From the human T2T-CHM13v2.0 reference genome, Homo sapiens, in NCBI RefSeq assembly GCF_009914755.1, contig NC_060947.1: a DNA stretch of 64,000 bases, one strand, 5' to 3'. The notes beneath the pieces were generated by a model. The model was not told the origin of the DNA. It saw only the letters and a program-made list of their open reading frames with translations, and made no database searches. This document shows positions 15,909 through 34,884 of this stretch, one piece after another. The translations under genes and the position numbers were made by a program. Position 1 is the stretch's first letter. Each line of letters begins with the position of its first letter.

Positions 15909-16172
15909 TCACCTCACCTGGGAAGTGCAAGGGGTCAGGGAATTCCCTTTCCTAGCAAAGGGAAGATGTGACAGATGGTACCAGGAAAATAAGGAAACTC
16001 CCACCCTAATACTGTGCTTTCCCAACAGCCTTAGCAAACAGCACACCAGGAGATTATATCCCTCGCATGGCTCAGAGGGTCCCACACCCACAGAACCTCC
16101 CTCACTGCTAGCACAGCAGTCTGAGATCGAACTGAAGGGCTGCAGCGAGGCTGGGGGAGGGGAATCTGCCAT
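15909..16172 (-). CDS. L1 ORF0 homologue (antisense ORF in the 5' UTR), open, 87 aa
   Basis: MADSPPPASLQPFSSISDCCASSEGGSVGVGPSEP aligns with L1HS ORF0 as I recall it (MAGAPPPASLPPCSLISDCCASNQRDSVGVGPSEP). Strong Kozak context gcaATGg. Expression cannot be shown from sequence. Confidence 0.7.
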   Translation of the reverse strand: MADSPPPASLQPFSSISDCCASSEGGSVGVGPSEPCEGYNLLVCCLLRLLGKHSIRVGVSLFSWYHLSHLPFARKGNSLTPCTSQVR

Positions 16173-16489
16173 TGCTGAGGCTTGCAGAGGTAAACAAAGC
16201 CGCCAGGAAGCTCAAACTGGGTGGAGCCCACACAGCTCAAGGAGGCCTGCTTGCCTCTGTAGACTCCACCTCTGGGGGCAGGGCATAGCTGAACAAAAGG
16301 CAGCAGAAACTTCTGCCAACTTAAACATCCTTGTCTGACAGCTTTGAAGAGAGTAGTGGTTCTCCCAGCATGGAGTTTGAGATCTGAGAACGGATAGACT
16401 GCCTCCTCAAGTGGGTTCCTGACCCCTGAGTAGCCTAACTGGGAGACACCTCGCAGAAGGGGCCAACTGACACCTCATACAGCCAGGTG

Positions 16490-16616
16490 CCCCTCTGAGA
16501 CGAAGCTTCCAGAGGAAGGATCAGGCAGGAACATCTACTGTTCTGCAATATTTGCTGTTCTGCAGCCTCTGCTGGTGATACCCAGGTAAACAGAGTCTGG
16601 AGTGGACCTCCAACAA
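16490..16616 (+). promoter_or_regulatory. The 129-bp-type 5' UTR segment (ZNF93-binding region) retained in L1PA3-6 and lost in L1PA2/L1HS
   Basis: Extra sequence between 'gccaggt' and 'actccaacaga'; the UTR is about 1000 bp versus about 900 bp in L1HS. Confidence 0.6.
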
Positions 16617-16746
16617 ACTCCAACAGATCTGCAGCTGAGGGTCCTGACTGTTAGAAGGAAAACTAACAAACATAAAGGACATCCACACCAAAACCCCGTC
16701 TGTATGTCACCATCATCAAAGACCAAAGGTAGATAAAACCACAAAG

Positions 16747-17799
16747 ATGGGGAGAAACCAGAGCATAAATGCTGAAAATTCTAAAAATCAGAGTGCCTCT
16801 TCTCCTTCAAAGGAACGCAACTCCTCACCAGCAATGGAACAAAGCTGGACAGAGAATGACTTTGACGAGTTGAGAGAAGAAGGCTTCAGACAATCAAATG
16901 GACGAGTTGAGAGAAGAAGGCTTCAGACGATCAAGCTTCTCCGAACTAAAGGAGGATGTTCGAACCCATTTCAAAGAAGGTAAAAACCTTGAAAAAAGGA
17001 TAGACGAATGGCTAACTAGAATAAACAGTGTAGAGAAGTCCTTAAATGACCTGATAGAGCTGAAAACCATGGCATGAGAACTTCGTGACGCATGCACAAG
17101 CTTAAGCAGGTGATTCGATCAACTGGAAGAAAGGGTATCATTGACTGAAGATCAGATGAAAGAAATGAAGTGAGAAGAGAAGTTTAGAGAAAAAAGAGTA
17201 AAAAGAAATGAACAAAGCCTCCTAGAAATATGGGACTATGTGAAAAGACCAAATCTACGTCTGATTGGTGTACCTGAAAGTGATGGGGAGGATGGGACCA
17301 AATTGGAAAACACTCTTCAGGATATTATCTAGGAGAACTTCCCCAACCTAGCAAGGCAGGCCAACATTCAAATTCAGGAAATACAGAGAATGCCACAAAG
17401 ATACTTCTCCAGAAGAGCAACTCCAAGACACATAATTGTCAGATTCACCAAAGTTGAAATGAAGGAAAAAATGTTAAGGGCAGCCAGAGAGAAAGGTTGG
17501 GTTACCCACAAAGGGAAGCCCATCAGACTAACAGCTGATCTCTCAGCAGAAACTCCACAAGCCAGAAGAGAGTGGGGGCCAATATTCAACATTCTTAAAG
17601 AAAAGAATTTTCAACCCAGAATTTCATATCCAGCCAAACCAAGCTTCATAAGTGAAGGAGAAATAAAATCCCTTACAGACAAACAAATGCCAAGAGATTT
17701 TGTCACACTAGGCCTGCCTTACAAGAGCTCCTGAAGGAAGCACTAAACATGGAAAGGGACAACCGGTACCAGCCACTGCAAAAACATGCCAAATTGTAA
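16747..17799 (+). pseudogene. L1 ORF1p, disrupted
   Basis: Starts MGRNQS. Fragment 17390-17734 (RRATPRHIIVRF...REWGPIFNILKEKNFQPRISYPAK) is ORF1p RRM/CTD. Frameshifted by a 37-bp duplication and carries stops. Confidence 0.9.
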
Positions 17800-17862
17800 A
17801 GACCATTGATGCTAGGAAGAAACTGCATCAACTAACGAGCAAAATAACCAGCTAACATCATA

Positions 17863-21682
<3,820 letters not shown>

Positions 21683-22694
21683 ACAATGAGAACACTTGGA
21701 CACAGGGTGGGGAACATCACACACCAGGGCCCGTCGTGTGGTGGGGGATGGGGTAGGGATAGCATTAGGAGATATACCTATTATAATGACAAGTTAACGG
21801 GTGCAGCATACCAATATGGCACATGCATACATATGTAGCAAACCTGCACGTTGTGTACATGTACCCTACAACTTAAAGTATAATAAAAAATTTTTAAAAA
21901 GTTAAGGGTAATGAAAATGCAACCATTTAACGTTTTAAAAAATATGAGTTTTACATGATTAAAAAAATGTCTAAAAACAACAGATGTTGGTGAGGAAGCA
22001 AAGAAAAGAGGGGCAGTTATACATTGTTGGTGGGAATGTAAATTAGTACAACCTTTATGGAAAACAGTATGGAGATTTCTCAAATAATTACAAAAAGAAC
22101 TACCATTCAACCCATCAATCCCCCTACTGAGTATTTATACAAAGGAAAATAAATCAGTATATCAAAGAGACCTACACTAACGTGTGTTGCAGCACTGTTC
22201 ACCATAGGAAAGTTATGGAATCAACCTAAATGTCCATCAGTGGATGAATGGATAAAGAAAATGTGACATATGTACACAACAGAATGCTACTCAGCAATAA
22301 AAATGAATGAAACCATATCTTTTGTAGCATCATGGATGGAACTGGAGGCCATTATCCTCAGTGAAATAATAGAAACAGAAAGTCAAATATTGCATATTCT
22401 CACCTGTAAGTGGGAGCTAAACAATGGGTACACATAGGCATACAGAGTAGATTAATAAACATTGGAGACTACAAAAGGTGGCAGGCTGGGAGGGAGTGGG
22501 GGTTTAAAAATTACCTGTTGGGTACAATGTTTACCATTCTGGTGAAATTAGCTACTACATAATATATGCGTGTAAGAAATCTGCACTTATATCCCCTAAA
22601 TGTATATTTTTAAAAATTAAATAAAGATAGAATAAAATGTAAATTGGATCATAAATTTCCCAGCTTAAATTTTTCATTGCTTTTCTAGTTACTT

Positions 22695-23305
22695 TTCTTT
22701 TTAAATATTTTATTTTGGAGAATTTTTTAAAATATCAAAAAATCCCAGACAAGTTACAAAAACAGTAAAATGAATTTCTGTATAACCTTTGTCTGTATTG
22801 ACGGTTATTCTCTTTTGTTTTAAATTTTATATGTTTTTTATATATTTAAGGTGTACAACATGATATTTTATTATATATGCATACATGATATTTAGTATAT
22901 ACTTAGTGAAATGGTTACTATAGTCAAGCAAATGAACATATCCATCACCTCACAAAATTACTCATTTTGTTTATGGTAAGATCACCTAAAATCTAACTTT
23001 TAAGCAACAATCCAGAATATTTTTAAGGTAAAGTTCAAAATCCTTCACCTACTCATTCCTGGGTGATTGACCCAGGAACCTCTGCAGAATCATTTTGCTC
23101 CTATTTTTACATTTCTATGATTGAGTAATATTGATGTTTTGAAGCAGTTTTATTGAGATATAATAAAGTATATTAATATATTCACAAAGTTGTGCAACCA
23201 TCACCACAATCTAGTTTTAGAATATTTTCATTAACCCAGAAAGAACCTCTTTATGTGTTAACAGCCACTCCCATTCTTGCTCCACTCTCCAGCTCTAGGC
23301 AACCT
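22695..23305 (-). mobile_element. Cluster of old L1M 3' fragments (L1MA9-like 22820-23010; L1MB/ME-like 23140-23305)
   Basis: 'atatttaaggtgtacaacatgat...aacatatccatcacctcac' and 'atattcacaaagttgtgcaaccatcaccacaatc'. Confidence 0.65.
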
Positions 23306-23329
23306 AAATATTCTTTGAGGCATCCATAA

Positions 23330-23995
<666 letters not shown>

Positions 23996-25039
23996 CAAAT
24001 GAAAGAAGGAACTGTTGAAATAAATAGTCATCCTGAGTACATTCTATGTGGTTTCTCTATGTTCACTCTGAACTGAAGTCAAAACTGGAAGCATTCTTCT
24101 AAGTGACGAAAGCATCCCCTCTGGCAAACCCATGTAAGCTCCTAAGACCACTTCAAAAAGTAGCTCATATGACTATGCATTTTGCAGACACCACCTTATT
24201 TCTTGATTTTCTGGTAAACAAATAGCAAAAAGTTATTCTGAGCTTCCCGAGATGAAATTGCATTTCAGAGTTCTTTCATCAATTTTCACCTAATTAAACC
24301 TCCACACATAGTCTGCAAGCGCCATGGTAACCAGCAGCCTTTAGAGACCCCAGCCAAACCTGTGGCCTGTTATATGATCACTTGGCCATGCCCATGAATA
24401 GATATAAGAGCCTCACAAACCCCATCTTCTCTGCTACTCTCAGAACCAAATTATTCCACCTGGTTTTACGGTGACTAAACCCAAACAGCAATTTTTCCAG
24501 CTTAACAGAACTCAGAGAAAGGTTTATGATTTGCTATGACCTTTTCCCACTTTTTTAACTTTGCAAAATTTTGTGTTTCTTGCATTTCCAACATTTTCCC
24601 CTGTAACTTCCTGGTTTAAAGAAGAAAAAGAAACAAACCATTCCTTTTCCAGTGCCTGGCAGGGAGGGGTTGAAACCATTGGAAAGAGAAAATGGATGAA
24701 ATTGCAGGAGAGAAAATTTACGATAAGCCTCACACAAAGCTTCCTGGCAGAACTCTATTAGCTATGGAATTGGAAAATGTTGGAAGTACTATCCCTAGAG
24801 ATAGTGGCTAAGGTCTACGGATGAAAAAGGAGATGTAAGTACTATTCAAAACAAACCCATTTAGATAGCCATTAACCCATTTGCTTCACAGGATCTTTTG
24901 ATCTCAAATGTATAAATATTCTATAACATCATCAGGAAAATTGAGTTTAGTACTTTAGATTCAAGTTGCCCACCTTACAAAGAGTGTCTATGACTCACTA
25001 GGTACTCAAAATATCTGCTTTGTAATAAAACTTCTCCCA

Positions 25040-25215
25040 GGAGCCCCAGAGTTTTGTAATGTTAGAACTGGAAAGATCTACCTTAAAGTGTCTAATCTAC
25101 CCTCTCATTTTCTAGATGGGAAACTGAGGCCTAGAAAAACGAAGGGATTTTCTCAATGGAGCACAGACAACTGGTAGAACCTAACCCAATGCCCTGCACT
25201 TCAGTCCCCTTTTCT
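25040..25215 (-). mobile_element. MIR/MIR3
   Basis: 'ctcattttctagatgggaaactgaggcctaga' is the MIR core. Confidence 0.65.
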
Positions 25216-26209
25216 CTATGTGCTGACTTATTAAATTAAGCCGTGTCCACATGGGCACATATTAGTTCAATTTAATGAGAACATTTTCTTCCTATTTGTT
25301 AGATTTAGAAAAACTGAAGCTACTGTGAAAAAACAAACATTTAAACAGGAAAGAGACCAATCTTGAAACGCTTCCTTTATAAAAAAAAAAAACCCTTTTT
25401 CCTTTATTCCAAGGCCCTAAGAACATTTGATTGCTGAGTGTTTTTTAACCCAGTCTTGCTTTGCTTTATTTCAGCCTTGATTGCATTCTCGTTCTCTCTC
25501 CGGCAGCCACTTCTTAACTGCTACCATTTTGTAAGCTTCCCTGCTGCTCTAAGACTGTCACTGCAACTGATTAATTTCATTAGCACAATGATGCACTTAA
25601 GAAAGACTAACTTTCATCTCTTTTGTTTTGTGATCCGGAGTACACATCACCGACAGAATATTTGCAGCAGGAGATAGCCACTTAGATGCCAGATAGGAAT
25701 AGAAAAATGGAAGCATCTTTTATTGTATTTCTTTAAGTAAAATGTTCAAGACCTCCTGGGTCCTCAAGGAACCCAGCTAAGGTGTTCACCTACACAATCA
25801 GAATCCTATTGTTTTGCAAATGTTTTGCTTATCCTGGCACTTGGGAAAATGGCTTCCAATCTATTATTTTTCAAGTGGAGAGGAGAAAGAAAGGGAACTA
25901 ACATTTATTTAACATCCGCTCGGTGCCAGGCACTGTCCTGGTAGACATGTTTCATCAAATTAAGTACAGCTTCTTAGGAGCCTTTTAACTAGGATACATA
26001 ATTCCCTGAAATCATGTGGCTGCTCTGATCCCTGGTTACTACCCATACAAGTTAAGAAACTCAACTACAAGATGAGCAAGGGAAATGAGAGGAAAACCCA
26101 AGATTTAAGAATGAGAACATTAATACAGAACCCATCCCCTAATTAAAATAGACGTAAGATAAAAATTTATTATTACTTTCTGAAAAGTTTGCAGACTTTT
26201 CATAGATAT

Positions 26210-26335
26210 GTTATAGCAGAAAACACACTGTACCAGACGACCTGAGTTCTAGTCACAGTTCTGCCACTCACTGGCTTAGTGATGTTGGGTAAGGCTCTTT
26301 CTCTCTATGGAGCTGAATTTCAACATTTAAAAAGC
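26210..26335 (+). mobile_element. MIR fragment
   Basis: 'gacctgagttctagtcacagttctgccactcactggcttagtgatgttgggtaag'. Confidence 0.6.
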
Positions 26336-26558
26336 TATGCCTTGTAGAGTCCTTTTATGAGTCAAAGGGAAGAAGCTGTTGGAGTTATGACTGGGAAAAG
26401 GACTAAGGTGGCAGTTTTCTGAGCTTGCTATCCTGTCTTAAATCAAGGCATGTTTTTTGTGTTTCTTTTAGATAGTGGGGTTCCAAGATATATCTTATGT
26501 TAACAAAGGCTTATATAACTACAAAAGTTTGAAAACCATTTGATTAAATGATGTCTAA

Positions 26559-26907
<349 letters not shown>

Positions 26908-27771
26908 TGATTCTTGAAAATTTGATTGCTGAGTCCTGGGCTACAAAAGCGAGCTGAGATTCTACGATATTTCCTTTCATTTTCAACTCCATTATTTTCA
27001 CTGTTCTACTACTGGAGTCTTATTTTAAATACACTTGCCTTGCCACTATTCATTTTATAAAGGCACATCTTCAAGTAATTTTGTTTATTTCTCTCTTGAG
27101 AGAGGAGGAAAAGAAAACAACACCCTGTTTTCCTGATGAATAATCACATGGTTTGGAGGAAGCTATATATTTCTTAGAGATGGAACAAAAATCCAGCCAT
27201 TGCTGAAGATGTTTGGGAAGAGGCAGTTTTCCCAGACAGTAAGCCCTTGGGTGAGGGAACAGACTGTTATATACGGATGAACCAATGAAGTGCCAAATTC
27301 AGGGCCTCCTTGACAATTCATGACTATGTGAATCCTGTGTATCACTCTAAGATATCTTTCATAGTTTACTGTAGAACAGGCCAGGGAAGAGAGAGTCTCA
27401 TTTAGTATTATGATCATCAGCCAAATTTAACCAAAAGAATATGGGCCTGGAATGTGTTTGCTCAAAAACTTCTAGATTTTTCTAGTCACTCCAGACCCAG
27501 AATGCTCTAGTCAGGCAACATTCCTAATAGTCTAAGGTGCTTCTCTTTTGGTAAGAAAAACCAGTTACCAGTCCTGGTGCTTTTCCATGAAAACTGAGTG
27601 CAAAATTATTTTAAGGAAAAAAGAAAAACAACTTTTGAAAGTTGGGTTTTGGTGTCTCTTTTCCCAGTCCTAAAGAGATGCAATACATATCAGAGTGGTT
27701 CTTTCTTGTTCCTCTGGATATCAGGTGGATTTTAGTACTATAGAAACATAGTACTATAGAAACAGGAATAA

Positions 27772-28104
<333 letters not shown>

Positions 28105-28389
28105 AACTTTAGCTTTTAAAGCCTTTTTAATTTAATATATTTTAAGAAACAATCTTCTCTGTTATAAAACAGTACAGTAACATCTACACTAAATACAGTC
28201 TCGAGATAAAAGGAAAATGTCACTTATCCCTCCCTTTTCACAGATTGATTTTTGCTTTGTGCAATGTCTTTCAATTGATATATACAAACATTTTTATAGT
28301 TGTTTCAAGCAGAGTATGGATATGGCTTTTTTTATGCTGTTATATTCATTCCACATTATCACATGTATACATTCTCTTGTTCCTCTAGT

Positions 28390-29190
28390 GTCCTTGTTTA
28401 ATGTATACAACTTGATGGATTTTGAGGATATACACTTACAAAACCACCACCATCATCAAGACCATAAACAAATTCATCACCGTCCAAAGTTTTCCTCCAC
28501 CTGCTAAGGGGGCATTTAAGATGTTTCCATATTGTGGCTATTGTGAATAATGCTGCCATGAACATGTTAGTGCAGGTATCTCTTTGATATTCTGATTTTA
28601 ATCCCAAAAGTGAGATTGCTGGATCATATGGTAGTTTTATTTTAGTTTATTTGAGGAAACTCCATATTTTTTTCCATAAAGCCTGTACCAATTTACATTT
28701 TCTTCAGGAAGGTGCAAGATTTCCCCTTCCTTCATATTTTTGCTAACACAGTATCTTTCATCTTTTTAATAACAACCATCCTAACAAGTATGAGATGATA
28801 TCTCATTGTGGTTTTTATTTGCATTTCCCTGTTAGTGATGTTGAACATTTTTTCATATACCTGTCTGCCATTTGTATGTTTTCTTTTGAGAAATGTCTAT
28901 TCAGGTCTTTTACTCATTTTTAAATTAGGTTATTTTTTTTCTTGCTGTTGAGTTGTTGAGTTCCTTAAATATTTTGGATATTAGCCTCTTATCAGATGCA
29001 TGGTTCACAAATTATTCTCCCATTCTGTACGTTACCTCTTCAATCTTTTGATTATTTTCCTTTGCTGTACAAGAGCTATTCAGCTTGATGCAATCTTACT
29101 TGACTATTTTTGGTTCTGTAGCCTGTGCTTTTGAGGTTATAGTCAAGAAATGATTGCCCAGACCAATGTCGTGGAGATTTCTGGGGGAAT
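28390..29190 (-). mobile_element. Old L1M fragments (3' end and distal ORF2)
   Basis: 'gagattgctggatcatatggtagtt' and 'gagaaatgtctattcaggtc' are antisense L1. Confidence 0.8.
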
Positions 29191-29337
29191 ACTTTCTTTT
29201 CTGCCAGACTTTCCTTACTGAACAATTACATGGTTTTTTTTTGTTTGTTTTGTTTTTGCCACTCCCCAGCCCTGTTATCTTGTAAACTACTTTACAGTTA
29301 ATAAACAACATATACTTTATAAACTTTATATTTTATA

Positions 29338-29960
29338 AATCCAACAATTCCACTCCTAGAAAATTAAAAACATGTTTACACAAAAACTTGTACATTAGCA
29401 GAACTTTTAATAGATAAAAACTGGGAAAAATAAATGTTAATCAACTTATGAATGATTAAACAAAATACGGCATTTTCATTTAGGTATATTCATTCATTCA
29501 TTCATTCATTCATTCATTCAGTGAATAGACCTGATATTCATTTAGTGAATATACCTGAAAGAAATATACTGCAAAGAATATACCAAAAAGAAATAAAGTG
29601 CTGATATATAATAAAATATGGACAAACTTTGAAGATATTATGCTAAGTGAAAGAAGTAAGACACAAAAAGCCACATTTTGCATGACTCCACTTCTATGAA
29701 ATGTTTAGTATAAGCAAATCATAGAGACAAAAAGTGTATTAGTGGTTGCTAGAGTCAAGAGGAAGGAAAGAATTGAAAATGGTAAAGAACTACTAATGTA
29801 TATGGAGCGTCTTTCTGGAGTGACAAATTTTCTGCAATTAGATAGTGTTGATGTTGTCATAACTTTGTGAATAGACTAAAAACTACTGAACTGTATAATT
29901 TAAATGGTGAATTTATGTTATGCAGATAATATCTCAACTTTTTTAAAGTATAAGAAAAAA
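29338..29960 (+). mobile_element. L1MB-type 3' end fragment with an internal (TTCA)n
   Basis: Same L1MB 3' motifs as 2823-3610. (TTCA)n at about 29488-29520. Confidence 0.75.
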
Positions 29961-30026
29961 GTTCATTTCTTTTCTGTATATACTCTGAAGTAAGATTGCT
30001 GGATTATATGGTAGTTCTGTTTTTAA

Positions 30027-30143
30027 TTTTTTTTTATTATTATACTTTAAGTTTTAGGGTACATGTGCACAATGTGCAGGTTTGTTACATATGTATACAT
30101 GTGCCATGTTGGTGTACTGCACCCATTAATTTGTCATTTAGCA
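30027..30143 (-). mobile_element. About 115-bp L1PA (PA4-like) 3' tail insertion
   Basis: 'ttattatactttaagttttagggtacatgtgcacaatgtgcaggtttgttac...catttagcatt'. Confidence 0.88.
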
Positions 30144-31054
30144 TTTTTGAAGACACTTCATACTATGTTCCATAATGGCTGTACTAATTTACATTCTCAC
30201 CAACAATATGCAAAGGTTCCCTTTTCTCCCCATCTTCTCCAAAACTTATGTTTTGTCTTTTTGATAGTAGACATCTTAACAAGTGTGAGGTGATATCTGA
30301 TTTAGGTTTTAATTTGAATTTCCTTGACTATTAGTGATGTTAGAGCATTTTTTCATATACCTGCTGGCCATTTTTATATCTTCTTTTGAAGAATGTCTAT
30401 TCAGGTACTTTGGCCATTTTTCAGTTGGGTTATTTACTTTCTTACTGTTGATTTGTTTGAGTCCCTTGTAGATTTTGAATATCAAGTCCTTATCAGGCAT
30501 TTGGTTTGTGCATATTTCCTCCCATTCTGTAATTATCTCTTGACTCTGTTGATTGTTTCCTTGCTGTGAAGAATCTTTTTAGTTTGATGCAATCCTACTT
30601 CTTTATTTTTGCTTCTGTTGCTTGTGTTTTTGTTGCCATATCAAAAAAGTTATTGCCAAGACCAATGTCATGGAGTTTTTTTCCCTGTTATTTACTTTTT
30701 CCTGAGAGTTTTATGGCTTCAGGGCCTTTGTTTTAAGTGTTTAATCCATTTTGAGTTGATTTTTGTATCTGGTGTAAGATAAGGGTCAATTTCATTTTCA
30801 GCATTTGCATATCCTGTTTACTGAAATCATTTATTAAGGAGACCATTAGTTGGCCCTATATTTGTGGGTTTACTTCTGTACTCTCAATTCTGTTTCATTT
30901 GTTAATGTGTCTGTTGTTTTGTTGGTTGGTTTTGATTTTTTTTTGTTTTTTGCCTGTACTATACTGTGTTGATTACTATAGTTTTGTAATACAATTTGAA
31001 ATCAGGAAATACAATGACTACAACTTTGTTATTCTTGCTCATAAATGCTTTGGC

Positions 31055-31282
31055 AGAGATGAATATGTGGATGCTTAAAGGAAGGTGAACAGGAATTCAT
31101 CCATGTGCTGGGAGGGTGGCACACACCGACTCTACAGGGATAGAAGCTCCAGACCATTCCAGGCCTTCCTCTATGCATTTCTTTATCTGGCTTGTTATTT
31201 GTATCCTATGTATAAATTATTACATGTGCCATGAAAATATGTACATCTATTATGTATCAATAAAAAATAAAATTAAAAGAAA
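31055..31282 (+). mobile_element. Chimeric insert: MER21-like LTR fragment, L1MA 3' terminus and A-tail
   Basis: 'catgtgctgggagggtggcacac...gaagctcc...atctggcttgttatttgtatcct' (MER21-like), then 'aaaatatgtacatctattatgtatcaataaaaaa'. Flanked by aaatgctttggc / aaattctttggc. Confidence 0.7.
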
Positions 31283-32157
31283 AAATTCTTTGGCTATTCA
31301 GAATCTTTTGTGGTTTCATATGAATTTTAAGTCTATTTCTGAGAAAAATGTCATTGGGATTTTGATAGAGATTGCATTGAATCTGTAGATTATTTGTGTG
31401 GTATAGACATTTTAACAATATTAAGACTTTCAATCAATGAACACAGGATCTCTTTCAGTTTATTTGTTTATTCTTCAATTTCTATCATGAATGTGCTATA
31501 CTTTTCAGTATACTTTTCTTTCATCAGCTAACTTTGGGCTTAGTTTGTTCTTCTTTTTCTACTTCCTTTAGGTATAAAGTGAGGTTGTTTTATTTTTCTA
31601 AATGTTGACATGTATCACCATTAATTTCCTTTTCAGAACTTTTACTGAATGCCATAAGTTTTGTTATGTTGTGTTTTCATTTTCCCTTGTCTCAAAATAT
31701 TTATTATTTCCCTTTTGATTTCTTCTTTCACTCATTGTTTGTTCAGGCTTATTTTTCTCCTATTTGTGAGGTTTTTTTTTAACTTACCTCTATTAATTTC
31801 CAATTTTATAGCATTGCGGTCAAGAGGGATACTTGATATGATTCAGTCTTCTTAAACATGCTAATACATGTTTTGTGGCCTAACATATAATCTGTTCTGA
31901 AGAATGCTCCATGTGTACTTGAGAAGAATATGCATTCTACTGTTATTGGATGGAAAGTTCTGTATATGAATATTAGGTTCATTTTGTTTATTGTGTTGTT
32001 CAAGTCTGCTGTTTCGTTATTGATTTTCTGTCTGTGTGATCTATTCATTGTTGAAAGTGGGATATTTAAGATCTCTAATATTGTTGTATTACTATCTATT
32101 TCTCCCTTTAGTTTGGTTAATATTTCATTTCTCTCTCCATATGTGGAAAGTTTTCTG

Positions 32158-34880
<2,723 letters not shown>

Positions 34881-34884
34881 CAAC

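Larger units (their letters stand above)
29965..32150 (-). mobile_element. L1MA-type ORF2 fragments with nested insertions
   Basis: Antisense ORF2. The 31806-32048 ORF fragment is EN-like (IYRTFHP...FFSSTHGAFFRTDYMLGHK). Confidence 0.8.

Noticed and set aside
15535-16338. 267-aa ORF, the longest in the track
   Set aside because: Chance read-through from the host L1PB ORF2 remnant across the TSD into the L1PA5 5' UTR; nothing supports it as a real gene.
26350-26540. Possible hAT/MER DNA transposon ending 'aaaagtttgaaaacca'
   Set aside because: Only one terminus is recognisable; too degenerate to call without a search.
28505-30680. Two overlapping antisense L1 ORF2 pieces as a possible tandem duplication
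   Set aside because: The similarity can be explained by shared family ancestry; I could not identify enough private shared mutations by eye.
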